Shown here one piece after another: positions 12,701 to 26,100 of a DNA stretch of 64,000 bases (the first letter of the stretch is position 1; every line of letters begins with the position of its first letter). The DNA comes from Tubiluchus corallicola. Lineage: Eukaryota > Animalia > Priapulida. Made by a program: the position numbers and the translations under genes. The stretch spans positions 434,001-498,000 of the forward strand of contig JAQGDQ010000049.1 of assembly GCA_030141605.1 (NCBI GenBank). The letters run 5' to 3'. The notes below the pieces were generated by a model, which saw only the letters and a list, made by a program, of their open reading frames with translations, did not search any database and was not told the origin of the DNA.

Positions 12701-14997
12701 GGCAGTTTTGTCCATGCTCAATTATTATATCTCAGCTGTATTTGCTTAGTACCTTGTTTATGTTGTGTGGATAATTAGTTCAGGTTTACTCTGTAATCCT
12801 CCGCCACATGATTAGCATATCCAATGGCTTCATATAGTGACGTCATCACTCTCACGAGTAAGCTTTTATGTTAATTGAAAATTGGCGCCACGCTCAAAAC
12901 AACGAAGATATATGGGTACAGTAATTAATGAAAAGTGATTTCTCTATTATATTTTGTTGTGTTTCTAGTAAGAAAATTATGAGCTGCAAAGTGACAGTGT
13001 TGCCAATATTGAAGTCGTTAAATTTTGCATAAATTTTCATTATTAACTCTACTAATTGCAATACAGAAAAAAACGTTTTGTGGAATTTTGTTTTCTGGCG
13101 GAATAGGCTATGTAATCATTGTTGTCGTGTGAACTTATGGCTTCACAATTCTTTTAGTTACCATCATGCACACTCATTCGTACATTGTTGAAAATTTCAA
13201 TTTTGCTTTCACGGTATGGCTGCGTTGAGGGACTGCATCCATGGTGTGTTAGTTTTTTCTTGCTGGATTTATGGCTGCAAGTATCAGGTAGCTACTGAGT
13301 CTGCTTGCCTTTTTTAGCTTCAACAATTGTGCGCTCGGCGCTTATATCGTTTGCGCAATACCTGAACATTGCAATGGCACTTCGGGGAATAAATAAAATA
13401 TCGAATGCTCCTAAAGACTGCAGTATTAATGAGTCCTGTGCGATTTTGCGCAGGAAGTACAGTAGCGTTTGATGAGCGGGCGGTGGATCTGAACAATTTG
13501 CGCAGCTTACAAACGCCACAGTCAACAGATACTGCTGTTGATTGTTGTTACCGCCAGCGTCGTCAGCAGACAGCATCTGCCAGCTTGCACTTGTTTTTAT
13601 TATTCAGTCTAGCTAAGAATTATAAACAACTGCATAAACTACCTATCAGAGAAACTGTATTTTAGTGTTACTGGTGGGCCTTATATTTTAATTTTTTAAT
13701 TAACATCATTTTTATTTCGAATATACTTTACATAAGTAATTCATAAAAAAGTGTTAGCAGTCAAGACGATTCACACGATTAGTAATAAAACAACATAACG
13801 ATAGTAAAACGATAGTTAACGATAATTAGCTGTATATCATTTTAAAGCATAGAAAGCATTAGAAAAAACTTAGAAGCAAATGCATAAAAAGGTTTTAAAA
13901 AGGATTTTTGTTGTAATATTATAATGACAGGTTTTCGGTGAAAATAATGTACGGTAATGGTTTTGGTTTTAATTTAGAATTTACTCTAAAAGCATTCTTA
14001 GGATTATTGTAATTGCCTTAGTTGATTTTGAATTAAGCAGGTTGTTTCTGCAAATATGGTGGTGTATTCTCTGGTATTCTCTGTACCATTCTCTGGTACA
14101 AATCCAGGCTTTGCTTAAATTTTTCGCATTTCCTGTCTTTTGAGTTTGGATCCTAATTTAATTAATTGTGAGTTTATTCGATCATTAATGATCATCTTAA
14201 GATTTATTAAGATTATATTTATTTATTATGTTATTTATTAAGTTTATAAATAACTGATTGCACTACATTACTTGGATATCACTACCATAAGAGCGTTAAT
14301 TATAGTGAAAAAACTATGTCCAAAGTTATAGTTATACCTACTGATAACTTTATGTGAATCAGCTGCAAGTTTAGATGCTGTTGTTGATACTATGGCTGAT
14401 GTTGACAACAATATGAATTTTAATATTTTCTACATCTCTTTACATAGGCATTTACTTGTGTTTACAATCCGTGAATGACGAGCTTTTTTCATCCATGTGC
14501 ATTTAATGCCGAGTGACCACTCTAGAGCATAATCCTGCTCTAGCTTTTGTTTCCTTCATTATGGTCTGCCTGTGTAATGCATTTATTATGTTAGATTAAA
14601 AGTGAAAGATTCATGCACTTCCTTCATAGCCATTAATGTTCATTCAGCTCACACAATGCCAATTTTTCTTGCACTAATGCTCTAATCAATCATCTCATTC
14701 TCAGTATTTGCAATTTGCTTGTTCTACTAGGTACTCCGTTTTGTCTTAACTTTAGTAAGTTGATTACTAGGCGATTGTGGAGGGTTAATCGTTGAGTGGT
14801 CTCGCGTGATTGACTAGGCTGGAATCGTTCTAGATGGTTTCATTTGTCATAAAAATAATACCGCTATAGGTTTAGTAGCTCATTCTAGGAGATCGTCATT
14901 GATAATGAGCTAGGTTCCAGTCGTGCCACAAAAATTTCATTGAGTAGGAGCGTAGACGCTGCCCTTGAATACTGTGCTATAACTTGTAGTGTACCAA

Positions 14998-15066
14998 AGT
15001 GTACAGAAAAAGAAAGTATGGAATATGTGAACCAGAGTGTACAGAAAAAGAAAGTATTGAATATGT
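14998..15066. repeat. 38-bp tandem duplication
   Basis: agtgtacagaaaaagaaagtat(g/t)gaatatgt twice. Confidence 0.85.
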
Positions 15067-15646
15067 CAAAAGAATCTCTGGAAACTTTTGGGAATATAGT
15101 TAGTGTTAGTGTTAACATGAGCGTATGAAATTAGTTTAAATTAGTGTTTAAGGTATTTAGTTTTATTAGATTTGCTTTGCCTTCTGAACTAGCAAAAGTT
15201 AGTTCAGTATAAGATAAAAACAGACTCGCCAATTACAAATTGTCCTAGCATCTGCTCATGATGTTTCTTGACCTGCGCTTTGGTCTTTTATCTATGAAAA
15301 CAATGTCTTCTGCCGAATTATAATTGTAGTAAACATTTGTTCCTTCTGATAGACTGTCACTGTTGTTACAGGTACGCGCAGATTTATATCCCTTTCAGCA
15401 GTTTTGTGTAATAACGTCATAGTTAATGGTACCGAATCTATCACTTACATCATCCCATAACTGAAATTATAATGTAGCGATGTTTCACATTTTAACTTGA
15501 AGTAGTGTTCCAGTGTTATTTCGTTCTGTGTTGTAAAGCAAAGCCTGCAAGCCTATAAAATTATCAACCGTCTCTCCAATTACATCTCTTTCTTCAAGCA
15601 GTTTGTCACACTTGCTGAACTAATTGTTGTAATTTCCTTCTTGCAG

Positions 15647-15761
15647 TCCAAGCAAACACAACACAAGCATAGACTCTCGACTTGACTCGAACAAATTGGA
15701 TGAAGAGCACAGGTTAATTGCTAGATATGCCGCCAGACTAGCAGCAGACATGAACAACGCT
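15647..15761 (+). CDS. Dyb: Dystrobrevin exon with syntrophin-binding site: SPSKHNTSIDSRLDSNKLDEEHRLIARYAARLAADMNNA
   Basis: ttccttcttgcag acceptor, gtgagt donor; DEEHRLIARYAARLAA motif; phase 2 to 0. Confidence 0.97.
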
Positions 15762-17114
15762 GTGAGTATCTTTTATTTCCCTTGAAAATTCTAGGTAAAA
15801 ATATGTATAAAATTTAGTTTTGTGGTGCTATTGTAAGAAATGTTGTAGCGCTTTTATACACGTTCTTTACATTTTATAATATTTATAAACCAAGCCTTAA
15901 AGAGGTTTTGCTATATCACTGGCTTCCCTGATTCATAGAGTCCCACAAGGCTTTGTTAACCCACTCAAGTTTATATTGTATATGTTGCAATGATGTTCTA
16001 GTACATTCAAATACAGGGATCGTTTGGGTAGAAATGAAAAATATAAGCATTACCAATAATGTATTAACCCATTCACTATAGTTGAAAGTGGTAAAAGTTA
16101 AATTTATAAATTGCACACAGAATGAATCTATTCAAATCTTTGTCCTGTTATTATTTTATTAAATTTGGCTTTCTTTAGTAGAAGGAAATAAATTACTATT
16201 TATGTACCTTGAAGTTAAAGGTATTTTAGATTAGATTAGGTTAGTTTTTATTTGAGCACAAAAAACATTAAATATTTAGTTCACACAATAAAAAATATGC
16301 TGTAGATTATACTGCAGAAATAAGGCAGTAGAATTTTAACGTTAATCTTCCCTTTTGTGTCCCATTGTCATTTTTACCTCACAAATGAACAGGAATAGCC
16401 ATTGTTAATGGTGTTTAATCATCATACAGTAGACTACCTACATGTTGACAGAGTTGCTCCAGATGCTCAAAGCCCTTATTATTTATTGACTGTGAACAGT
16501 AAGTGGAGTGTGCACAGGAGTATATGACACATTGGCAGTCTTGCTTCTTCAGAATCTTTTCAAGTCTGAAACTAGAAGCACTGCCATTAAACCCAGTGTC
16601 TGCTGCCACTACTGTACTCTCATATTGATTTTAGTTAACATTTTAACTTAGTATGTTGCTGGGCGAATTTTGCAAACTGTTGGATTTTAGAAATTGTACA
16701 GACAATATTTTATTGCTCTATGGTCTTTAGACAACCACAGTGCGAGATTTTCTTCTTGCTGCTGCTGTAGGCTGGCAGAACTATAATAACTGATCGTTGG
16801 TGGAGTTGACCGGGCTGATTTGATTAGGGCAACATATTCCACTTGATAGAAAAGTCAAACTTACTCCAACAACAGCCCAGGCGTGGAGAAGGTTGTGAAA
16901 CTAATTCTGTTAACTTAGTATGCTCTCTTGGGTGCAGTAAGTAATAGTAAATTAAACGCAGGATTATTATTAGGTTAAGTAGACTACAAGAATTTTCATG
17001 CCTTTCGTTAAGACTTAAGCCAATAGGGTATTATGTCAAAATGTGAGATTCAATGCTTTCCTGATCACAAGATATAAAATGAAGTTTGTAGCATTGGTGT
17101 TTGCTCAGAAAGCT

Positions 17115-17823
17115 TAACTGTTGATGGTGTGGCATGGATTGCAAGAAACAAAGAAGAATTAGATGAAATAATAAAACTCTATAGAAGAAAAAGTGAAAAG
17201 AATGGATCTCATAGTAAACAAAAAACTGAAGAGTTTCACCATGGTGATGAATCATGGAAAAAATGCAAGTATCTTGGTAGTTTGCTGGCAACAGAAGACG
17301 ACATATCAAGATGGAAGATAATGGCATTATCAACATATTCAAAATTCCCAAACGTTTTTGAGAATAGGAAGATTTCTTTGGAAAGAAAAGTTAGAATATT
17401 CTCAGCCTTAGTTGAAACTGTATTTCTGTATCTCTGAGCTCTAGACATTAAAAAACAAATCATAAGCTGAAATTGATATATTCCAAAGGATGAAATTACA
17501 AAAACATTTTGGGTATCAGATGGGCAAAGAAAATCTCAAATGAAGACTATATGAAAAATAGAAGAACTTTAGGCAAAAAAAATAATAAGGTGCCATCTAA
17601 GATGGATTGAACATATGCTTAGACTACCTGATGATACTCCAGTGAAGATAGCTCTTCAACAAGCAGTAGAACCAGCCAGAATACCTGCAGGAGGACAAAT
17701 GCTAACATATTTAGATATTACACGGAAAGATTTAAACACTTCAGCACTGATCCATCAGCATAAAAAGGTGAACAGATTCATGTCCCTGGACGTATGATTC
17801 ATTGCATGATGATGATGATGATG
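17115..17823 (+). mobile_element. 5'-truncated, decayed RTE-like LINE (RT C-terminus/thumb)
   Basis: Broken frames give KYLGS, K.RIF.ALVE.VFLY, IDIFQR, KISNE.LY and HMLRLPDDTPVK; ends in a (gat)n tail. Confidence 0.85.
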
Positions 17824-19552
17824 AGAAAGGTTAAAGAGGTTATTCTGTATCTCTTGTTTGTCACAGATGAAAATTCTGCATTTTATAAAGAAAAAAGGGT
17901 TTTTTGATTGAATTTTAAACAAGATTTAGTTAAAGTTTGTCATGTTTTTAGTGAGACCAATACAGGTTGTGATTATTTTCCTGCCAAGTAGAGATAAGTA
18001 AGTCTAATATACTAGATTTGTTATGGTGTGGTAAGACAGTTTTTGTTATGCAAATGTTAATGCTATTTAAATCGATTATTATGCATGAGCAGGTTAATTA
18101 ATTATGCTTCTTAAGGTGAGAAATCAAAATTTTAGCTTTTCGTTCCATGTATGCAGAATGTAGGTACAATTTATTCTCTGTTGATAAAATATAAAATAAA
18201 AACTGAGTTAAGTCAAGTAAAAATGTAGGTGACTCTAATGTACTCGTTGCTGTTCCCAATAATATACCATCAGAGAGATGTTGAAGAAACTCCTTGTTAG
18301 TCAATGCTTGCAAATATACATGTAATCAGTAATATTTTATGCTAAACTGCAGCTCTAGTTGTGGTCTGTAGTTATTAACAAGAATTATATTGAATTCCAG
18401 AAGGTATTGTGGCATGGATTACGCTGGAATTACCTCTGCTGTAGTCTCAGCACTGAAGTCATTTATATTCAGTGTTGGTATAACATAGTCGTGACCCTCT
18501 GGCAGTGACATTTCAAAATATTAAATCACAGAGGTCTTCTTAAAACATAAACTTACTAAAGCTGCGTGAGGAAAAATGCACGTGAGTGTGTGTCCTTTGC
18601 CTGTAGTTGGTTTTGGATTTTAAAGTATTAAACGAGTAAAGGATTAAAGGAATAAGCAAAGAGCTAATTTTCAATGTATTTTTGGAAAGCTTCCACTAAA
18701 CATCACTGATTAGTTCCACATTATGTTTGTCAAAATGGCATATTAGTTTGAAGCAGAATAAGAGTTTTTGGAATTAATATTTATTAGACTTTTATACCAT
18801 TCATTTCGAACATCTAGTTACATCTTGCAAATAATACAAAATTAAATAAAAAGAAATTACAGCATTAGTACTCAAAATGAAATAAATAAAGGTATTCAGA
18901 GAAAATATTCATAGACAAGACCAAATGGAACAAAAAATCACAAATAAAAGAGTAAGTTTGTTTGTTTTTCACCATTTTCTATAATAAGAAAGTAACTAAG
19001 TAATTTATAATTCTTGTACACCATTCAATAACGTTAGAAAACACAAAAGTGATTATTGATGTGAGTGGTGAAAGGGTGGCGAAAGAATTATGAGTTATCG
19101 AGGTCTGCCCCCTCAGAAATGTTACTAATAGATATTGCATCTCATAAATAAACACATAACCTATCACTCTGTTTTGTACATGTCATACAGTCATGAAAAG
19201 TTAACAGTTATGTTAGAATCTGCCCCTATTCGATATGTGTAAACAAACTTTGAAAGTTTGAATTACTGTTTAGATTTAAATGTAAACATTTTTTAGCCTT
19301 TCTTTACCATTTGCCGTATACCTTTATTTAACTAAATGTTACTCCCAAGTTGACATAAATGTAAATTCTTACCCCTCCCCCTATTTAATACTGGTTAAAT
19401 TTACTGCACTAATTATTCTTACTCTTTTTTTTGCTTCAAAAAATTGAGCGTTTTCTTAAAACTATCTTAGGCGTTTAAGAATAGCCATGAAGAGGTCGAT
19501 TAATATTAATGCGCACTTGGGTAGCTAATTCCTGCATTCGTGTAGTTGGCTT

Positions 19553-19689
19553 GTTCACGATTGAAGTAGCCTGATTAATAAAGTGTGCGTGCACGTCGTG
19601 TGCGTTTAAGTAAAACATGTGTTCATGATTGGAGTAGCTTGATTAATACAGTGTGGGTGCACGTTCGCGTGCGTGTAAGCAAAACATGT
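19553..19689. repeat. About 68-bp diverged tandem duplication
   Basis: gttca(c/t)gattg..gtagc.tgattaata.agtgtg.gtgcacgt...aaaacatgt twice. Confidence 0.85.
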
Positions 19690-20684
19690 AGCGTTTAGGA
19701 TCAGAACAGACTGATTGGTTCCTATGCACACTAGGGATTTCTTCGCTGATATTTTTCAATTTCCTTTCACAAGATTCGGTGTAATAATCTCTGTAAATCA
19801 TGTCTTTGTGCCAGTGATAATGAAGCGGGTGGTATCAGTTTATTACAGTATAGTGTAAATCTGTCACGTGCTTTGCTTGCCATATTAAGTTAAGGAAGCC
19901 AGGAATGCTTTCAACCATTTTGCAGGCGACGTGATATTATTGTCATGGCTTCTTTTGCGATAATTAGGCAAACTGGTGGCAACCCAAGGAAAGATTCGAG
20001 TAATGTCGTTGCCCGAAAACGTTTTCAGAAAAATGAGGCCAAATTGTTTCGTTCTAATGTTTTCTTTATACAGTACTTTTATTTAATGTCCGTTTTCACA
20101 TAATAAAACATTAACCTACATAACTACTTACACTCGCGGGCTTGCACGCACCCAGTCCACTTTAATACACTCACTCATTTACTCTCCTTTTAATGTACGT
20201 AAAATGTACACATATTACAATTATATGAAGGTAGTTACCAGTTATCTCAATAAAATTGATTCACTGCATAGCCTCACTTAGTTCAGCAGCTCATGCCAAA
20301 GTTTGCCGTCCTGATGTTTCAATGAATTTAGTCTGTAACGTGTGGTTCTACAATGACTCATTTGAGTTATGGGAGGAAGTTCTCACTTTGAAAAAAATCC
20401 CACATAAAAGGCGCTATCTTATTAATCGCTTTCCTTCTTGCAGCTGGCAACCTAGACAAGTTTCTCTCTTAAGGCTATCATTTGCTGTTGGTTATAGTTG
20501 GTTGACCAGAAGTGATCATGTGCCAGCACCCTTACTAGTGAGAGAGCTGGCTTAAATAACTGAAAAACATTTTTAAACTGTTCTGTAAAGCCTGTTGACC
20601 TCGGGCATAAATATGTTTTGATCGTCTTGTGTGCTTCCGCTGTAATTAATAATTCATAATTAAATTCCCTCATGCAATCGTTAG

Positions 20685-20726
20685 AAGACGTATCGGATGC
20701 AGCAGCAGCAGCGCCGTAGACGACGG
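20685..20726 (+). CDS. Candidate 42-nt cassette exon KTYRMQQQQRRRRR
   Basis: About 90-nt AG-free zone, TGC just upstream of the ttag acceptor, CGG|gtaatg donor, phase 0 to 0 like the host intron, GC-rich. Confidence 0.5.
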
Positions 20727-21920
20727 GTAATGTTACCTCATCAATAATACATTTCATTTGCACTTAGCACTGGCACATAGGTGTGTATAGACAGATAGAG
20801 CAATGATTACTATGATAGCATAGTAATGTTCTTGCACGCCCACTTTTTCCACTAATGCATTGTGCTTTAAGCAAGAAGGAATATTAGTGTGATTAGAGCT
20901 TTACCAAATGCAAAATTTTCAAGCAAAAGTACCTGTTGCCATTGTTACAGAGTCGCTAAAGTTAGAACTAAACACTGAAATTTAAATTGACATTATTAAA
21001 ACTTTGTAACTTTCTATGTATACCGCTTATGGCATCGAAAAAGGTTGTTACTAAGATCTAAAATTCTGCTGAAGACCAAGGCACAAATCTATGTAGGATA
21101 TTGCCGCATTATTACATAACTTTACAGTTCGCTACCTTAGACCATTTGACTACGAAATTAGATGTTACGTAAAAGTCCAATGCATCTAGCTCATCTACAT
21201 CTTTTGACACTGTAACGTGAGACACGTCGGCTAGAGATACCTGCACACTAGTGATCACAAATGCACGAGTATTACATGTAGTATCGCTTTTTGCCGTAAA
21301 GAAGTGGAAGTAAATAACCAAATGGTCATGCAGGATGGGCACATGTACTTACATTTTGAGAATGTTAGCAAAATTGGACCATGTAATAGCTTTGTTGCCT
21401 CCTCAGTCCCAGTTTTTAGGTAAAGTTATTCACCATATATTCTCGGGCATGTTCCTCTGATCATTGTTGCTTCTGTGTTTTCAGACATGCGCGTTGTGCA
21501 CTTCTATTAGCGCTAGCTATATTATTGTATTGGAATGTTTTTTGCATTTCTCTGTGTTCAGCACTCCATTGCAATTTCTCTGCTGTGCAAATTCTATTAA
21601 TTAATAAATAACGAGCAATGATCGTGCAAAGTAATTATTTTCCTGATGGCTTATTTCCGAAGCGAAATTTTGGTCCACACACATTGTGCACCAAATATGT
21701 TTATGCCATAATGATAGAAAATGTCACGTAGCTGATTAGTTAGAAAAGTCAGGAAAAATGTGCGAAATAAGAAAATAATTGTATACAGTTCAATTTGTGT
21801 AATTTATCTAAAGTAGCACAGTTTTGCGCATTTTGCTACATTGTGCTTGTTTACTAGTCTTGTATATGTGCTGCATCTGTACTGTACCATTTGTGCACGT
21901 ACTAAAGTAAAATTGTAAAT

Positions 21921-22030
21921 GATGACATTTCATAGAATCTATCTGCTTTTTTAAATGAACAAAAAAATAATACTGAATATTTTGTTTAATTTAGTGATAC
22001 ATTTGTGAGGTCCTTAAAATTATTGTATTA
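21921..22030. mobile_element. Partial MITE, inverted copy of 22936-23112
   Basis: tttgtttaatttagtgatacatttgtgaggtccttaaaa is the reverse complement of the 22995-23035 segment; shares the TIR sequence. Confidence 0.7.
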
Positions 22031-22516
22031 TCTTGTATATGCATATGTTAGTGACACGTGTGCAGTGAAATTTCTCTTTTGTTCAGGCAGTTATGCATGT
22101 CGAGTTGAGTTTACCTATTTGAAATGAACGGATGGACGGCATTAATTGTATTTTCACTGAAAGTTTCATTATTTTAGCGCGATTAACCAGCTGTTTTTCT
22201 AACCGCTGTGCATTAACTAAATTGCAATTACAATTTTATCATCATTGTAAATAATCACGTTATTGCTGATTAGTTTAAATAACCACGTTATTGCAGCTTC
22301 TATTCAGCAATGTTCTGCCAATGTCAGATTGTTTTACACCGGATTTTCAAACATTTAGCGAAATGCTTTTTCCATAGGTTTTATTAATTGTTGCAAAAAA
22401 ACTCGATGCTTGTTCATTGTTATTACTTTTCACTTGTGTGTGGTGCATGTTTTCTCAGTAAAAAGAAAACAGTTTGCAAGAATTGTGCTTAATACATTCT
22501 TATTTCAATACAATAG

Positions 22517-22885
22517 CAAGGCCGGACTATCCTATAGACTAGTATAGGCTGGAGCCTAATAAGGCTCCTCAAGCTTGGGAGCCCTCAAGCTTTGGTAACA
22601 TTTGGGAATCTGTTTTTTTACTTCGGTAATGTTGAAATATGTGCTAATTTGGTTTGCAGTAAATGGTGAAATAGTGGTATTTTTTAAAGAATATTTTTAT
22701 TGACAAACAAAAGATAGCTATTCTAGTTTATTAAAGAAGTTTACTTCAAGTTGTATAATTGCCGCTAAAATATGTCACGAGTAAAAAATATTCAAGACGC
22801 GTGCGGACGAGTTAGGTGGTTCCGTCTGACGGGTCCCGATATTTTCATTAGCCTAAGCGTCCAAAAAGGTCACAATCCTGCTCTG
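22517..22885. mobile_element. Decayed hAT-like non-autonomous element
   Basis: Ends caaggccggact / aatcctgctctg approximate CAGGGCCGGATT-type TIRs; no clear TSD. Confidence 0.4.
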
Positions 22886-22935
22886 GCTATAAGGTAGTAC
22901 TTTAATTTGTTGGTAAACGTTGAGAACAATTTCTC

Positions 22936-23112
22936 TGATCATAACGTTTTGTAAAGTCAATCTGCTTTTTCAAATGAACTAAAAAATAATAAAATATTTT
23001 TAAGAACCTCAAATGTTTCACTAAATTAAACAAAGTAATAGTATTATTTTTAGTAGTAGTTATTTTTAGTTCATTTGAGAAAGTAGATAGGTTCTGTGAA
23101 ACATCATGATCA
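22936..23112. mobile_element. MITE with about 55-bp imperfect TIRs
   Basis: tgatca...atctgctttttcaaatgaactaaaaaataa vs ttatttttagttcatttgagaaagtagat...tgatca. Confidence 0.7.
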
Positions 23113-26100
23113 AAATGCCATAATCACTTGAAGCAACATGCCATGGTACGACGTTGGTACAACTGCAGCCTTTTCTACATACATGAGTGGGCTATGTATA
23201 CAAAACTTATTACAAGATGATGGTGCTATGCAGGTAACCAGAAAAATATGTGAGAAAATTCAAAAATTTGTAAATCAACTGCACATTGCATGATGTCGTA
23301 CACGAACACATTCAATAACGTGCTATTACATTAACTTGATTGTCGAGGTAATGAAAAGTTTGTTTGCAAGATTTAGATATGCCATCCCAATTTCCATAGC
23401 AACGGGAGACGCATCTGGAAGCTTCTATTTAGAAAATTTGCATTTGGCATTTGGCAGTAACATTATGGAAAATGCAAAGGCAAAAAAAGTTTGAACGGTT
23501 TAATCTGTTTGAATATTACTACTTCTTCATAATTTATGTTATCCTTTTAGAAATTGATGAATGAAAACTTGTATAAGTATGGTTGTTCACAAATATTATC
23601 GCGTTCTTTCATAGTCATCTTTTTAATAGTTGTCGTCTTTTTCATTGTTGTCATTGTTCAAAATCATGATAATGATCATTGTTGTCATTTAATCATCATT
23701 TGTATCGTCATTATTATGATTACATTATCTTCTTATTGCAACAACCAAGGTTAAGCAACACTGAGCCACCGTCAGCATCGTTTTTTGTACATATTGTTTT
23801 TATATTAGAACCCACAGGACAACCGTCATATTAAATTTGTACGTTTTGAATTTTAGGCTAAATATTTTGTTTTATCGTTCTTCAAGCATTGGAACAAAAC
23901 TGAATTTACTTGCCTGCCTAATAATAAGTAGGATGAAATAAAAATTGTTTTAACCTACTGGCTACCTAATAAATACCACGCAGTATTCATTACTTTCATT
24001 GTATTATATGGCTTCCTTTCGTTACCCGGATAATTACTAATAACATTCTAGCTTTTATATTAACCTATAATAACGTACGCGTAATGACTTCCGTGATATC
24101 ATCTTTGCATGACTCATATTGATATAACATTTTCGAATGCCTGTTTAACCGTAATTATTCCCCTGAACGAAATACTATCAAAACTGTTAGCAATATCTTA
24201 CATTAGATAATCATATAATAAGTGGCGGAATGCTTAGCCAGAGAACGCAGCATACAAAAGTTTTGAAATGCAAATGATAGTTCAAATCTGAGCTATAGTT
24301 AAATCACTTTCTTGTTGTTTTTCTGTCACTACAGTCTGGCACGCGAAGCTAAAAGAGTAGGAAAAATGCTGTGCATTTTGCTAGTCTTAAATTTACAAAT
24401 ATCTGTACAAAGGCGTATCCAAAGGATTGTTCAACTGTATTCTGTTTGTCGTTTCGGTGGTTCTTTTGTTTATTATATTAAGGAAAGTAATTGCCAACAG
24501 ATGTGCTCTGTACAGTAATGCAATGCAAACTACAAATCACGTTTCAATTTTCACAAGTGCTTCTTTTCATTGCGTATATTTGACTTGCTTTTTCTCTAAT
24601 CTTGAATTATGGAATTTACTGCCAGGCACTGTTGGCGAAAAGATGCACTCAGATTCAATTAACTTATTACTACGCATTAGACTAGTGTATTTTTTCATGA
24701 CAGCAGTCCGTAGTAGAATGTTCATTTGGATAACGTGTTCATGTCAACTTTTGGTTCCGAGTTTGGTCTGAGAACTAGGTCTCGGGGAAAATGAGTGCAT
24801 CAGTGGCAACCGAATCGAAACGAAGAACAAGCAGTAATGGGACACAAAAAATCGTCAAGCTAATCATCAGTATTATACGTGAATTGAAATTAGTAAGAAA
24901 GTGTAGTTCATTAAATGTACAATGGAAAAAGCGGTGGCGGTGCTAGAATGGACCTTGTAGCCCACCCTAATGTATATAAGAAAAAGCGACAATCCTAGGG
25001 TGGATCCTTGTGGTACACCACAGTTTATATTCTCAGTATATTCATAAATGTTATACTCAGCCTTGAACTAGTTATTTGTGCATTTTTTCAAGTTGAGTAG
25101 TTGCAGAAAGTCGAAACAAATGACGCAAGTTGCGTTCCTGCATCATTATCATTAGGCACTTGCATCTTTGTCATTAAAGCCTTGCTGGAAGTTGACACAG
25201 TGAAGTGATGTGCAGACTAACTAAATATACTACAGGTTTTCATAAAGTTAGCTTTCTCTTTCATTGCAACAAAACTTGAAGGCGGCGTTCTCTTTTGCCT
25301 CTAATCACTGCGCGCTGTAAGTTTTGACGTAATTAGCACAGGGATGCAAGTGTAATTACAAGCTCGTTATTTAGGTTTCTATTTATTGGCTATGGGAAGC
25401 CATGGAATTGTTGTGTTGTTTGTTTGTCAAGAAGTTGAAAAGCTCTTGTGAATCAGTTAATTACAACAGTCCGTCTCTCGAAGAGAATAATGAAGTGCGG
25501 GAAAGTAATTAGTGAACTGCAGCGTAGGCTTTGTGCAATACAGACAGATTTGGAGGCTACCAATAGGTTTCAACTTGAAATTACTAAAAATTTGTTTTCT
25601 TTTTTTTTTCAAATGTAAGTTGATGCATTTGTTTTTTATTGGCCCGTTTATGAGCTAGGGTTGATTACAATCCAACTTCTTTACTAAACATGGTCTTAGT
25701 GGCCTGCAATGAACTTGTAATCCAAACTCCAATTTCCTTCTTTTAGCAAATTTAATTTGAAGACTTTGTTAATTGTTTATTTATTTCGAGTGTTCTTTGG
25801 TTTAGAAATTAACTAGACAAAAGAATCATGTCTAGAAAATAAACATTCTAAAAAATTTTCACTCTCGCCATTCGCCGTTCATTTCTTTTAAAATGTTTTC
25901 ATCGCTAATTGTGGTGATGGGAAACGTGGTGGAGTTCAGAATATCAAACACTATATAATCATGTAGAGTCTGTAAACTGTAAAGTATAACGTCCACACAT
26001 CCTACATTGCCTGAGCATCTATACAGGTTAAGCAGCAATATGTGTAAAATTGCTCTCCTTTCTCAGTGTGATTAACACATGCCTGCTTCTTTTTACTCAC

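Noticed and set aside
13292-13665. GC-richer island with ORFs on both strands
   Set aside because: The long + frame needs a phase-1 entry; phase-2 readings stop within 6-26 codons; no recognisable homology. It may be regulatory, but I cannot support a call.
14889-15128. 80-codon open frame after cattctag (EIVIDNELGSS...)
   Set aside because: Phase 0 does not fit the phase-2 intron, and it contains a 38-bp (non-triplet) tandem duplication, which argues against coding constraint
20444-20555. Acceptor identical to that of the 15647 exon (ttccttcttgcag)
   Set aside because: Phase 0 gives LAT* immediately; no donor or homology supports a mutually exclusive exon
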